This document shows, in pieces, positions 26,437 through 42,415 of a stretch of 64,000 nt of DNA. Every line of letters begins with the position of its first letter. Positions within the stretch are counted from its first letter, which is position 1. The notes beneath the pieces are model-generated. The model saw nothing but the letters and a program-made list of their open reading frames with translations. It had not been told where the DNA came from and did not search any database. The DNA is from Bugula neritina (lineage: Eukaryota > Animalia > Bryozoa), in contig OZ037767.1 in the NCBI GenBank assembly GCA_964035545.1, positions 11,790,581-11,854,580 of the forward strand, read 5' to 3'. Made by a program: the position numbers and the translations under genes.

Positions 26437-29400
26437 AATCAGTCATTTCATGAGCTGCTCCTGTATTAAATAACTATAAATTACTATTCTCCAAAACTTT
26501 GATATGTTGGTGCTAAAAACAACACGATATTTCTTAAATTCAATAATTTATATAAAAGCAAATTTCTATAGGCTATTGAAGTTTCACGTTTAAAAATTAT
26601 AGACATTGTTCATTTATTGATATTTTAGTTATGAACCTCCACATAGTCCAAACACATTGGAACATGAGCCAATCGAATCAACTGAACTTCTTCTTGCTGA
26701 CACATCCTTCAGGAATGAGTCTGTCAAAGAGACAAGTTCAGCCATAGCCTCCATTGCTTCATTCCACTCATCTTTTTGGAAACACTTTTGTAAACTGCTG
26801 GTGCATCAAATTCCTTTTCTTTTTCAATTGCTGGCAATGTATGGATGTGTACTTTGTAACTTTCCACTGCATGAATCGTGTTTATCTTTTTCTGCAGCTT
26901 CAGCACTAAATATGTTAATGCATGTCAAAGGTGGCCACACCAGGGGCAGCTTCTTTGTGCTGTCAATATTAGATGCTGGCTCTTTTTCTTCGATGACTGA
27001 ACTCAGGTTAGGCTTAAACAATTTTTTGTTGCATCTGTAACACTATTGTTGATTATTTCATTGACAAGAGCTTTTCTCTGTAATAATTCCTCATCATTGA
27101 CTTGAGCATGGAAAGGTGTTTGTGCATTCATAGTGACTTTCAGCTCAATCTCATCATCATTCTGTGCTGCCTTCAACTCAGGAATTGCTGCTGTCGTTGA
27201 ATCTGATTTGTTGTCGCCGATATTATGAGAAGCCTTTCCTTGTTTATTCATCGTAGGTGTTTCTTTGTTAGCCATAGAAGGAAATTGGAAGTCTTTAACC
27301 TCTACCTCCTTGTCTACTGGCATAGCAATTGTGGCTAAGGAAACACTAGGGTTTATGGAGTTGTCATTTCTGTTTACTGGCTTAGGTTCTGTGACTGAAA
27401 CACTCATGGAGCTTGACTCCATAAATACAAGGTTATCCAGACAGCTCTCTGCCTAAAAAAAGTCATCTAAATTAGCGAGTTTTGTTACCCTTCGCTCTTT
27501 TCTTTTGCCTTCTGCTTTGAGAGTTGTCTTGCTGGTTGTTGACGCCAGAATTGGTGGCATTTGAGAAATATGGTTGCAGGTTGTTTCTGATTATAGACAC
27601 TTGTCACTCTGAAAATTGGTATTGTCTGATGTTTTCGTATCATTCTGGCTTCGGTTTGTTGGGTTGACATGTTTAGTGACTAATGGTAAACATATTCGGT
27701 ACTTTGCTTTTATTTTCAAAAATTTATATTCAATTTTTTTATTTAAAGCAAAACAACTATTATAAAAATGCTTGTTTTGAATCCACACATTAAGATTATT
27801 CAAAGGTATGCATGTTTCTCTATGATTTTTCAAAGAAAATCCTTACCTACTTTGAATGCCAGTGATTTGAAGATTCAATGTCTGTGTGTTTCCACTTTGA
27901 ATAGATGGGACACTGGTTTGGGTTTTACCATCCTGAGCAAATATTACATTGGTTTGTGTGCTCCCAATTGCAGTAGATTGATTGTGGCAACTGCAAGTTG
28001 ACTGCTTATTTTATGAGTTCCATTTCTATTTGTGTGACTTGAAGCAACAGAAATCACTTTGCTATTTGTTTGAATGGATAGTCCACAAGTTTCTTTTACC
28101 TCTGTTTGTGTGAAAGCTTCTGCAGTCCTTTTGAATGGCTTTTTTGTGTGAGATTGACATCAGCTAAATACACAAGATGACAAATGGAAAGTGCATCTTC
28201 TTCTTAAACTCCGAATCCTCAATTGTTTCACATATAAGCAGTTTCCATTTTTAGTGTTCGTGAGATAAATATTAGAATTATTGATCCATTTAAAAACTGG
28301 CAAGTAATGCTGTTGAAGCAATTTTCTTAGTTCATATTATAGGAATCAGTCATTTCATGAGCTGCTCCTGTATTAAATAACTATAAAATACTATGCTCCA
28401 AAACTTTGATATGTTGGTGCTAAAGACAACACAATATTTCTTAAATTCAATAATTTATATAAAAGCAAGTTTCTATAAGCTGTGGGCTGTTGAAGTTTCA
28501 CATTCAAGAATTTTAGACATTATTCATTTATTGATATTTTAATTATGAACCTCTGCATAGTCCAAACTCATTGGAACATACTGAACTACTTCTTGCTGAC
28601 ACATCCTTTAGAAATGAATCTGTCAAAGAGACAAGTTCAGCCATAGCATTCATTGTTTCATTCCACTCATCTTTTTGGAAACACTTTTGTAAATTGCTGG
28701 TGCATCAAATTCCTCTTCTCTTTTAATTGCTGGCAATGTATAGATGTGTACTTTGTAACTTTCCACTGAATCTTGTTTATATTTTTCTGCAGCTTCAGCA
28801 CTAAATATGTTAATGCATGTCAAAGGTGGCCACATCAGGGGCAGCTTCTTTGTGCTGTCAATATATAGATGCTGGTTCTTTTTCTTCGATGACTGAACTC
28901 AGGTTAGGTTTAAACAATTTTTTGTTGCACTTGTAACACCACTGTTGATTATTTCATTGACAAGAGCTTTTCTCTGTAATAATTCCTCATCATTGACTTG
29001 AGCGTGGAAAGGTGTTTGTGCATTTATAGTGACTTTCAGCTCAATCTCATCATCATTCTGTGCTGCTTTCCACTCAGGAATTGCTGCTGTTGTTGAATCT
29101 GATTTGTTATTGCCGATATTATGAGAAGCCTTTCCTTGTTTATTCATTATAGGTGTTTCTTTGTTAGCCATAGAAGGAAATTGGGAGTCTTTAACCTCTA
29201 CCTCCTTGTCTACTGGCGTAGCATTTGTGGCTAAGGAGACACTAGGGTTTATACAGCTGTCATTTCTGTTTACTGGCTTAGGTTATGTGACTGAAACACT
29301 CGTGGAGCTTGACTCCGTAGATACAAGTTTATCCAGAACAGCTCGCTGCCTAAAAAAGTCATCTAGATTAGCAAGTTTTGTTACTCTTTTTTCTTTTTTC

Positions 29401-29835
29401 TTGCCTTCAGCTTTGAGAGTTGTCTTGCTGGTTGTTGACGCCAGAATTGGTGGCACTTGAAAAATTGGGTTGCAGGTTGCTACTGATAGCCACTTGTCAC
29501 TCTGAAAATTGGTATTGTCTGGTGTTTTCGCATTATTCTGGCTTTGGTTTGTTGGGTTTACTGGTTTAGTGGCTAAAGTTAAACATATTACTTTACTTTA
29601 TTCTCAAAATTTCTATTCAATATTTTTATTTAAAGCAAAACAACTATCATAAAAATGCTTGTTTTGAATCCGAACATTAAGATTATTAAAAGGTATGTTT
29701 CCCTATGCTTGTTCATTGAAAATGCTTACTTTGAATGCCAGTGGTTTAAAGATTCAATGTTTGTATGTTTCCATTTTAAGTGAATGGGACACAGGTTTGA
29801 GTTTTACCATCCTGAGTAGATGTTGCATTGGTTTA
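26437..29835 (-). repeat. Nested ~1.9-kb tandem repeat, 2 copies (starts ~26437, ~28344)
   Basis: Same repeat and peptides as 8369-13640. Confidence 0.92.
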
Positions 29836-30244
29836 AGTTTCTCCTTTCTGAGTATTTTAATTTTAATTAGATACTGTGTTCCTAATTGCGGTTGTATATA
29901 AAACAAATTAACATTTTATGAGCTGCTGAGCCACAGATGTTGAAAATTGGGAAAACTTTTGCTTATGTTGCAAGTTTTATGCAAGTTTTGTTGGCTTATG
30001 ATGCAAGTTTTATAAGCTAATCTTAGAATATATTATTTTGTTGCTGGATGTTAAAATAAAACTGTACGCATGTCATTTGACACAAATGTTTACTGTTCCC
30101 AATGATAACTAGTACTAGCTTGGTTTAATTTTTTAGAAGAACAAAATTTTATGTGAATCTCTACGTAGTGCGTATGAATATGTTATTTATCTATATATGA
30201 AATGGTAATAAACAAAAATTAAAAACATATATGTTAGATTGTGT

Positions 30245-30402
<158 letters not shown>

Positions 30403-33196
30403 TTAATGATCAAACTATTCAAAAACATCATAAATAAATATATGTCTTTTGTGAATAATTGTTAAGCTAATGTGAAGTATACAAATGGGATGTTACTAGC
30501 TGCGGCTAACATAATGGAATAAAATTACCATAATCTTTGCACTCTGAATATCTTTTAAGCTTTTGCCTATAGTGCCTACCTAGCTGTTAGAGTAAAAAAA
30601 TGATTCTACATATTGTGTGAAGTCATCTCCACACATTATAATCGTTTCATTGCTGTTTATACTCTCAATTCTAGCTGTCTGTTCTGTATTAGCCCTTTTT
30701 GCCTTTCAGTTTCCTATCTTCTCTCCCAAGTCTCCCTTTTTAAAAACACCTACCAAGTATTTACATGCATTTGCTATATAACATACAGAGTTAAAATTGA
30801 AGATTATGCAATAAAAGTAGCAACATAATGTCGAGTAGAAAAAGCAAAGGCATCAAAACAAAATGTTGAACCGACCAAGATATTGGAGGTAACGGGGGGG
30901 GGGGGCACAATGATCATAGGGGTACAAAAAATCAGCCAAATTGTGAGAGAACTTATTGACTTAGAGTTGTGATTTTTGAAAAAAAAGGTATTGACATATT
31001 TATTCAGTCATTGTAGTTTCAACACTTGTGGAGCATACATGTTGAAGAGGCGAGTCAAAAACTGTTTTCATCAATTTTTTGTAATTTTTTCAAGACGTCG
31101 TTAAAGCTTTAAAACTTTTTACACTCAAATGTAACAAGCCTATAAACTTTACTGATATTGTCACCATTGCTTGCCTCTATATTGCTTAACTAGTATAACA
31201 GCAAACTCTAAGATAAATTTTCCTTGAGCCACATTTTTTTTCAACTTGGCCACATGGAGCACAATGGGCCACGCTGACCGGAGCACAGTGGGCCACCTGA
31301 TCATTGCACCCTGATCACTGTTATTAGTTTGTTTGCCCAAAAGGTTAGTTGAAATATTAATGAAATTGATAGATATAGCCATCTTTGACTATTTTGTAAA
31401 ATGCAAAAGACATCATGCTAAGACTACCAAACTAAAATGGTGAAGCTTCCATAATATATGCATCTGGTGAGGTTAGAGCTTTGCCATTCTATTCATCGTA
31501 TAAAACACTCTGCTGTTGCTACTAGTGGATAGTCAGATATTCATTATACATTCTGTCATTGAGGGAATATACATGTATTTGACTCAAATAAATTGTGATT
31601 TGCTCATTTCTTCCCCCCTCTCCCTTAAGTACTCCAGTCACAAACCTAGCCATGCATCTTAGCTACAGTTCATAGAAAAAAGTCCACTCAGAATAGTTTG
31701 TTGGTGTTATTAACTTTTTTTCTTATGAAAGTTCCTGTGAAGTAGAAATGGAATAAATGTTTCTAGTTTTAAACAGTAAAGAAAAAAGTACCCTAGAAAC
31801 GAGTGATGTGCGTTTGATTTTGCCCTCCCCTGCTATCCTTGGTGCCACAAACTGTACAGCTAAAACATGATTTTTGCTGTAGATCTAAAAAAATATTTTT
31901 ATTTATTTGTAATATAAAATAAATAAAGATCAGATGCAACCAAACCAGCAAATTTTCAATATGTTTATTGTGTCCCACCAGGTGGCCCATTGTACCCGGT
32001 ACCGAGGCACAATGATGGGCCATTTTTTTGTCATACAAAATTTCTTATTCTGAAAATTGTGAAACAGATAGAAACAACCAACTGATACCTATAATAGACA
32101 ACTGGTGTAGCATTTAGGCTATAGAGATTATTGAACAAGTAACTTGAAAAGCAGACGAATGAGAGCAAAAAATTACAATTTTGGCCCGTTGAACAATGAG
32201 TGCTATTTTATAAAAGCTGTGATAGTTTTGTTCTACAACAAAGTCATAGTTCAGCCACACCGTATTCTCTATTTTTTGCTTTCAGTGTAAGCTAGACTTG
32301 TACTCTCTCTCCAGTGGATATGTTCAGTCTAACTCTATAGTTATGCCTATTTCGCTTAAAAGACTGCTTCAAGTTTTAGCCTAGATTGTGAGCAATATTT
32401 GTAGTTCAGAAAAACATGATCTATGCTAATGTTCACAAGATCTTCCAATAAATGCTAGCATAACTGATATAATAATTGGACAACATTTCCTATTTCATTG
32501 GTCTGAACATTAATAATTCTTTGTGCCATTTGACTCAAAATATGTTAACTTTCTGCTGCATAGAAAAGTGCTTTTGTCTGTAAGTATAATATGTACATTG
32601 CAATTATGTTTGTCACGTACTAAAGTCTGAATTATACTCTGTTTCATGAATTTTTTTGTCAATTTTAAGCTCTAATGTAAAATGTTTGCAGCTTTTGAAG
32701 GCGATCAGCCACAATGCAAGACTAATCAAGGTTATGTGCTGTATGCTATATTGTCTAGTACAGCCATCAGCTATAAGTTATATTTTTATCTGTTCCTTGT
32801 ATAACAGTAAAGAAAACATATTTTAAATAGATTGATGGCAGATTATATTGCTATGGCATTTTTCTCCATATATTGGTACAATAAACTGAGGTATTACCAA
32901 TATATTATTCATGTGGTGGCTTGCATGTTTCTAATAGGTATATTTACTCTTTCTGCTATTCACAAACAAGTAGGACTCTATTTAATGATGTTTTTGACAA
33001 CAAATTATTTTGTAGGCAGTTAAAATCCAAAATGAGAGCTGCTGTATACATGCTTTCTGATAATACAATAATATGATAATGAAAAAAAACAAATACTCAT
33101 AAAACAACAGGTATATATAGCATATAAAGAGAGAAGTACTGCACAGATACATCAGTAAGTTATAAGATGATAAGACTGTCAATTACATGATAACAA

Positions 33197-35601
33197 TGTC
33201 GGACACCGAGTATCCCCAGGAATTGGATGTGACTCAAAGATATTTCCTCCTCCAAGGGGGAACTATTGTTTTTAAGCATGGGAACAATGTCTGGCTTGTC
33301 GGGTATGGAGTCTCTGTTTCATCCGACCCACTGAGTCTTTTAACTGGTACAGGCCGGTGGTTGTATTTAACAGGCTGGGGGCCAACTGAGTAAAGTCTGC
33401 TTGTAACCGCAAGAGACGTTCTTCCACAGTGGCCAGACAAGTCGGTCTCTTGGGCTGCAGGACGGGAGCCACTGAGGGTGTCACTTCCTCTTCCTCCATG
33501 ACGTCGGGAGTCGGCTCGTCTGGACCGGGCATAGCTTCAGACTTATCTGCGACTATGGGAAAGCGCTGTCGGGCGTATTTCAGCACAGCATCAAATCCTT
33601 GAGTTAGGACGGCTAACATTAGGGCCTTTTCGATGAGAGGGCGTATGACTGCCAGGAACTCTGTAAGTGTCAGCATCTACTGTGTAGTGGACCCCGGGAT
33701 AACATTCACTAGCCATGTGCGCAGTAATGGGATATGGGTATACATCGTGCTGCCCACATGGGCAGAAAGCCAGCAGGTAGTGTGCATTTGCGTGTAACCT
33801 CAGTGCACAAATAGACGGGCAGTCCTCCTGGCACACCAGGCATTTAGTACTCCCACGAGACTCTCGAGCGGCTTCTATCTTCATCTCCGTAGCCAGCGAC
33901 ACCCACCGCCAACGACGGCGGAGTGGCGGCGGTAGCTCTCCGTCTAACTCCATGAGGATGGAAGGAAGTGTGTAGTCTTGTGACCCTTTTGTGGCAGGTC
34001 GAGTGTTACCTAAAAGAGTCACAGTGTTGGTTACTGACACATAAGTGCCGCCTGACAGGCGTCGGGGCTGTTCCAATACGGCTTCAAGCAAGCCTCATTC
34101 TGGATGACCACCTGTCCTGAGCGCTCAATCTTGTAGATATGGTTGGGCATCGCCTCAACCACTACGTAGGGTCCCACAAACTTAGGCTGTAATTTAGCCG
34201 CTGTCCGCGACACCTACGGTGGCTGACCATCCACACCCAGTCTCCCACCTGGTAGAGGGGTGGCTCCTTCAAGTCTTCACACCACACCTGCCACGGCTTC
34301 TCCCGCAGCAATTCGTGTGCAGTCTTTATCTACTCCACCAGTTTGTTGGCATACTCGTGGATCGAGTTTTCTTGCTCAGAAACATGGTAGGTCAGGTGAT
34401 CAGGCACCCGAGTCTCTCGACCAAGCATCAGGAGGTTGAGGGTCTTACCAATACTGGTGTGTGGGGTACTACGGTAAGCGCGCATGTCCTGCGGCAGTAC
34501 CGTATCCCTTTCCTCTTGACTACGGCCAAGAAGCAGGCTCCGGAAGGCATCACCTAGCATCCGGTTGTTGCGCTCCACCACTCCGTGACCTTGTGAATGG
34601 TACGGGGTGGTCTGAGTTTGATTTTACTCCCCAGAGGCGACAGAGGTCGCTTATAAGCTGAGACTGGAACTGAGCACCTCGGTCTGAATGTATCTGTTTC
34701 AGGAGGCCATAATAGCAAAATACATTTTGATCCAGCACCCTGGCCACGGTTGAAACCGACGCATCTGGAATAGCCAGGGCGTCGGCCCACCTAGTAAAGT
34801 GGTTGGTTAATACTAGGATTCAGCTGTTGCCTCTGGGGGTTGGAAGCATGGGTCCGATCAGGTCGACAGCAACCACTTGCCATGGTCGTCCGGCATACAG
34901 TCTCCGCCGTCCCGTTTTCCCAGGGTGACGGTCATGCTTACTGGCCTGGCAGATCTTGCACTGTCTCACTCTGAGTCGCACGTCATGCCCCATCTTCAGC
35001 CAATACCACCGGAGTTGCAGTTTGGGGATCACCTTTTGGACTCCTGCGTGAGGCTGTTTGTGGGTATCCCAGATTAACTCACGGCGTATGGCCGGAGGAC
35101 AGATCACCCTTCTCCTTTCGTGGGTGTCTGCTGTTGGCGGCTAGTGCGATAGGTAATAGCTCATTGCCTCCGATCCGCAGTGAGTCCCAACGTTGGCAGA
35201 ATAGCCCAAGTTCGGCGCACCCCAGCCTCAATTGTTCCTCACTGGGTCGTCGCCCCTCACTTTTGGTTCGATACACGTCAGCTACTACCCCGGGAAGGTT
35301 TTCCTGTAGTTTTCTCAGCTCAGTGGCCTTATCGGCCAAAACGGGATTAGCGCGGAGGGTTTGTACAGCCTCCGAATTTTCGGCAGCAATTAGTTTGAAT
35401 TGACCCTGGTCTCAGTCATACTCTGCCTCTTGACTAGCCCGTGTCTCTAAATCGGATTGCGGGGGCCTCCGTCCCTCCTCTCAATACTGAGACACTACTT
35501 GCATTCTCCATTCGGCCGCCAACTCAACCCATCCACATTGCCTTGTTTCTTACTAGGTCGGTGCTCCATCCAGTAAGAAAACCCGGCTAGGATTTCTTGA
35601 C
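33197..35601 (-). mobile_element. Gypsy/Ty3 LTR retrotransposon relic, copy 3
   Basis: HHCC zinc-binding region (HKQPHAG...CKICQ, 34820-35107), DDE core and GPY motif. About 875 bp between the pol tail and the LTR are deleted at ~34058. Confidence 0.9.
33272..34057 (-). pseudogene. Unit-3 copy of the zinc-finger extra ORF
   Basis: Same protein across ORFs 33591-34091 and 33272-33676, broken by a 2-bp deletion at ~33662. Confidence 0.72.
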
Positions 35602-35837
35602 CTCAACACTACACATAGCACTTGCCGATGTGTGTCAAGTACGCTGAACACGGCTGCTAAGTTTAGTATAGTACATGAATTATCTTCTTTACCTCTACAG
35701 CTGGGAATATAATGACTCAGAAGCTAATAGAGGTTATAATTTAACTTTACTAAAACTGTGTCCACAGGTTTCTGTCATCATTATTATGATACTGAACTCT
35801 GCAAGTATTATAGCGAGTCAATTCTATCCACATCTAG

Positions 35838-36610
35838 GTGTGGGAGTTACTGGATAAAATGAAAATTATAGCAGACAGCCATAGCAAGACTATGTCACAG
35901 GTAGTACTTATAATAGATGCTCCTTTTACAGATTACACTCCTAATACAGATTATACGCTTTCTGTAGATTGTACTTTTTATATGTTGTGATTATACTATT
36001 TCTGAGCACTATACTCTTTCGACATTTTATACTATTTTTACATATTATACTCTTTCCTCACATTGCAATCCTTCTGCAGATAAAAATTCTGTAGATCACA
36101 TTTACTAAAGATGCAGTTTACACTAGCTGAATTATCTATAACTTTGTATTTCTCACCTTGTGTTCTGCCATACATTAGATCAGGGGTCGACCCCTTTGGT
36201 TACTCTTCAGCTAATTAATATTTCTTTGTTCATTGTTTATCTAATTTTAGTAGACAACAATATTTTATTTTATATTTTGTGATTTTCATCTCTTGATTAC
36301 CTCTTCTTCTGTGTATTATTCTGCAGATTACACTTATATATGACTATGTATTATTATGAAGGTTGCACTGAAATGGCTGCTGCAGAAGGACTGTGTTACT
36401 TCAGTTATTATGGGTTGCAAGACTATTGAGCAGCTGGAAGACAACATGGCTGCCGGTGATGGCTGGGAGTTGTCTTCTGCTGAAATGAATGAATTAGATG
36501 GGGCTTCCTCCTATCCTCTGCCATATCCTTTCAAGCTCCAAAACATCGTCTCAGAACTCTGCTCTTTTTATAATACCACAGCTGTACACAAAAGTGGCAT
36601 GTCTTTCTAG
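35838..36610 (+). CDS. Aldo-keto reductase last two exons, copy 3 (partial gene)
   Basis: Exons 35838-35900 and 36362-36610, frame open, splice sites intact. Confidence 0.8.
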
Positions 36611-37830
36611 GCTTGCTAGTACAGCACCACAGTTGTACACAAGCAATGTTGTGTCTATTTAGCTTTGTTAATACAGTACCACATCTATAGCTTATACTGG
36701 TGTCAAAAGCTGTCATAGCTTCTGTCTTGTGTTGTTGATCAGTTGTTAACTTTATACCAGTACCTTGGTCAGTTTTGATTGTAAGGAATTGGTGTCTAGG
36801 AGTGCAAAAATTATTATATATATATTGGGTTCCTTTCATGGTGCTAAAATTCAATAGTAGGAGAACGGGCATGCTTTTGTATATTTAATTCATCTTCTAA
36901 TTCTAATAAAAAATGAAATCCTAAATGTTGATATCAAAAGCATGCATTGGATTATTGTAGAAATAAGTTAAAGGTCAATATGCGTATGATCTCTTGGCAT
37001 ACTCTCTTATGCTTTCTATAATGTGAGTGTATTTAGGTTTTTTTAACAACACCTCAACTAATTAATTTTTATTTTCACCATAGCAACATGAAACTCGTTT
37101 TGGTAAAAGATGACAATTATGAAAGATTGTGATGCATAGATTTGCATGTACCATTAGTTTTATAACAAACAAAAAAGCTGGTAACTGTTTATGGTGACTC
37201 CACCAATGCTGGGAATGATGATTTCATTACCAAATGTGTCATACTAAATCTATTAAAGCAACGAAAATGTTTGTTGAAAAGTGAAAACTCAACATAACTT
37301 TGATTGATAAATACATATTATGTTGATGTAAGCTAACTTATTGGTGCTTAAGTCTACAACTATTACATAACTACAATTTCCTCTACTATATAAAACGATC
37401 TCCATGGTTGAGTAAGATTACTGATGTCATTGTCTATAATCCAATATTGCATGTATTTTGTGTTCAATCCTTTAAATGCCCATGCAGTCTATAAAGTTAG
37501 TAATAACAATTGGATCAGATTGGCTGATTAGTATTTAAGGCCTATAATAGTATGATTTGAAGCTCACTTATTTTGCACAAATGGCTTTACTGGCTTTACT
37601 AACTTAAGAAGATGCAATTTTTTTTCAATTGAATGTGAAGATGCCAATATATATTATACGCACAAACCCAATATATGTAAGTGTGTATAGTATAGTTTTT
37701 TAGATTGTGAAAGTCATATGTATAATATATGATGTAGGCTATATACATATTTTGTTTAAAAATATCTCGCGTGACTATGTAGTTTACTGCACAAAACAAT
37801 TGTAATATATACAATACATATATTATATAT

Positions 37831-38718
<888 letters not shown>

Positions 38719-38719
38719 A

Positions 38720-39878
38720 AGGTATATATTTGGTACTAATACAATTTTGGATATAAAAATAAACTTAGATCTTCATTCTATTGACTACAATATTGTTTCA
38801 CGTAGTGCGAGCTACGATCATCAGGTCGTTGTGTGTACGCTTGAGTGATTTTGTTTTGAAATTAGTATTGTTAGTTTATTACTACGCTGGAATGTTTTAA
38901 CTAGCGTCTGTTAAGTGCGCAAGTAAAAATTTGCGTTTATGTCTACACGTGGTGGAAAGCTCTTTTCGTTTGTTGAGGGAAGATAATTCCGGTTGTTTTA
39001 AAAATATATACTTCTCATAGTTGCATAAATTACATCTATTGGTTAGGTTTGAGTATGATTTGCAAATCTTTAAAATATTCCATTTTTAGCTGAATTGTGT
39101 GCTGTTAGCTTTATCTGCATGTAGGAAAGGGGCTTTGTGGTTATTGAATCTGGTTTTGAAGGTAGTCGAACAGAGTCCTATGTATGAATGGCTGGAATTA
39201 TTGTCATGTCTTGTTACAGTTGCTTGGTATATTACGTCTTTGTATAAGCATTTACCATTTAGTGGACAGTGGGAAGGTTGTTTGCAGTTACATTGTGTGT
39301 CATTTAGTTTAGTAGCGGTAGTAGGGGTGTGTGCGGTTTTAAGTTTGTGATGGTTCGAGTCATCAATAATATTTTTCATGTTGGGCATGCATGAATAGCT
39401 AATTTTTATAGCTTTCCTATTGAAAATTTTACTTAGTTGGTTGGATGGTGAAAAGCATTTGTCGATGATTTGAAGAAATTTCTTCCATATTTTGGTTTTT
39501 ACTGTTGAACTAAAAGGTGGGTTGTACCACAATGTTTCTCTTTCTATTTTTATTATTGTTGTTGGATTTAGGTCTCTGGTTATAATTTAATTTATAGTCA
39601 TATCCACTGTTTGATAGTGCTTCTTGGTACGGTTGTATGGTGGTGTTAAACTCTTCTTTATTGGAGGATAGTGAGCTAAGTCTTCTATTTATATTTTCTG
39701 GTATGTTTTTCAATACTGCAGGTGGGTGGTCGCTTTGTTTGTGAACGTAGAGGATAGTGTTTCCAGGTTTTGTATAGGGTTTATAGGATTGGTTAGTCAA
39801 GTTGAATGTTACATCTAGGAAGTTTACAACTTTCTTATTGGCTTCTATTGTGATTGAGAGATTAAATTTTTTAAACCA
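38720..39878 (-). mobile_element. Penelope-like retroelement, another family (5'-truncated), unit 3 only
   Basis: [69 protein letters not shown] (GIY-YIG). Clearly diverged from the unit-2 PLE. Confidence 0.92.
38783..38827 (-). ncRNA. Minimal type I hammerhead ribozyme
   Basis: Minus strand: GAC-CUGAUGA-U CGUAG cucgca CUACG U-GAAA-CAAUAUUG-UA-GUC. Intact core, palindromic stem III, short stem I. Confidence 0.85.
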
Positions 39879-40011
39879 TTGTACCCAACTACCCTTCTCC
39901 TGTTGTCAATCACCTGTTTGTTGGAAAGGAGATGTCAGAGAAGAAGCCGGTCTCCACTCCACGGAGCCGCTCACACAGTGTGGGTGGTCAGGTGGAGTCG
40001 GTTACCCCAGT

Positions 40012-40119
<108 letters not shown>

Positions 40120-40645
40120 AATATATACAACAATTGATCAATAAACGAATGACAATAAAATGATTGTTGAAGAATAAACGTAAATAACTTAAACGCAATG
40201 TTGATTCTAAAAGCCATTGTTGCCCACTTCATTTGCAGCAAATTTGTGTACACAGCTAGTAGATGCATGTTTCCTTAATCATATTCATAGTACAACATTG
40301 CTATATGATTATGTAAATGTAACATTAATATGGATTTCTCTATTATTTACTCATCTGTTCTGTATTTTGAACAGCACACTAAACCTTGAAAAACTGGGTA
40401 AGCAGCATATTCATTACTACAATTTTTTTTATATAATCATAATGATAATGTATCTTTGAAGTTACTTAAGTTCAACATATGTTGAATATTTATAATGCTA
40501 CCTAATGTAGATGCTGTGTATAATCTCCATTCATATAAATTATATTTACTATAGTGGAAGTGAAGTATAAGTAGCCCACTTACTTATCACATCAAGTTAT
40601 ACAGCTATTTTGATTAATGTGATTAAATTATGTAGTTTGAATATA

Positions 40646-42415
40646 CAGTGATGTGAAAAAGTTTAAGGACGCTTGCAGAAATTTCTATGTATCTTGTCTA
40701 ATAGGCATTTCTTGTTAGTTCTTAATATTTTCCTGCAAGTTCTATATATCAAAATGACCCTTAGAATGTGCTCTACAATTTCCATCTTCTAATTCTTGCT
40801 GTTGTGATGTTTTCTACCCATTTTTGGGCCAACTGCACAAGCAGCTAGGAAAGCGCAACTCCTGTATTTTTATGTAACCAAAGTTTATCAACTTTTATAA
40901 CCACAAAAGGCTAAATAGGGAAATTTGACTTTGTGCATGGCATCATGATATCATAAAGTATGACTTCCTTTTATAATTTGAAATATGTCATTTAGTTGTG
41001 AGCTTTTACATGGTGTCTACTTGGGCGCTGCGCATAGACTAAATGAGAGCTGTAAATCTTCCTTCAGAGGCAAAGTTTGTAATAATTTTCTTGCACAAGG
41101 AAGGTTATTCAATTAGGAAAATATCTGAAAAGGTTGGCAAAGTAAAGACAACTGTACATCAAATTATCAAGAAGTTTTTGGACACTGGTAGTGTAGCAGA
41201 TGGACCTGAAAATGGCCGACCAAAAATAAGCACACCTAGAGATGACAAGGTTCTCATTGGGATCAGCAAGAAAGATTGCCATAAAACAAGTCTTGAGTAG
41301 GCAAAGAATAGTCAGAATCAACAGGAACACCAGCTTCAACATCCCTGATAAGGCAAGATTGCTGAGCTATGGTTTACATGGCCGCAAAGCAAGAGGAAGC
41401 CTCAACCAACCGAGAAGCAGCAAAAAAGCCGGTTACGGTGGGCCAAGGAGCCTGGTAATTAGACAGTGAATGATTAGAAAAAAAGTAATTTTTTTAGATG
41501 AATCCATATTTAATGTGAACAATCATGCTGGAAACTGTTGTGTTAAAAGGTACCAGTATGAGAAATATAACCCCTAATGTATTTTTCGAACAATTAAGCA
41601 CCCTATCGGTGTTATGTTCTGGGGTTGTATAACATCAAAAAGTGTAGGCCGACTCAGTAGTTGCTTTGGAATGATGTAATGCTCAAAAATATATGGAGAA
41701 TCTCAATGCTAAACATCTTCCAATCATAAAAAACTTCTTTTTAAATGAAATTAACATATTTGAAGATGACAATGCACCATGCCATTGGGCAAAAACAGTT
41801 AAAAAGTGAATGAAAAAGCAGAGGGTCTCAACGCTTAACTGGCCAGCACAAAGCCGGGACTTGAACCCAATAAGAAATTCATGGTCAAGAATGGCTAAAA
41901 TAGTCTCTTCACAGAAGTCAACAACTAAGGTGACACTCATAGAGCCTGTAATTCATGCATGGCATCATGTCGTGACTGAAAACGAGTTGGAGAAGCTGTA
42001 CAAGTCGATGCCTCGTCGCTGCCGACTTGTGATTGAGAATAAAGGCTGGCCAACAAAACATTGATACTAAAATTTAAAGCACTGTGTGTTGCAATGCTGC
42101 TATAATATGTATAACAATTCACATATCATATTTTTCTATGTTTCAAGTAAAATATTCTGATGTCCTACAGTACACACAAATTGTGAGAACATTGAATAAT
42201 TCCCATATATGCATAGTATCTCATTGTTTTACCCATATTTTAGAAGGAAGTGAAAAGAGACACTAATGATTTATATAAATGAGATAAGGAGATCTTAAGG
42301 ATCATTTTGATAGGCCCCATGCCTATGGAAATGCTTTTGTTATGTCTTAAAATTAGCTTGGAACATTGCTATTATGGAAAACAGGGAGGCGTCCTTAAAC
42401 TTTTTCACAGCACTG
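40646..42415 (+). mobile_element. Tc1/mariner DNA transposon (1770 bp, defective), unit 3 only
   Basis: 27-bp TIRs CAGTGATGTGAAAAAGTTTAAGGACGC / GCGTCCTTAAACTTTTTCACAGCACTG (1 mismatch), with TA on both sides. Empty site TGAATATATGCTAG at ~7848 and ~25939. Confidence 0.96.
41043..42064 (+). pseudogene. Tc1 transposase pseudogene
   Basis: HTH (GYSIRKISEKVG), GRPK, IFLDES, FEDDNAPCH and WPAQSRDLNPIRN (catalytic E position altered), GWPTKH. Several stops and frameshifts. Confidence 0.93.
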
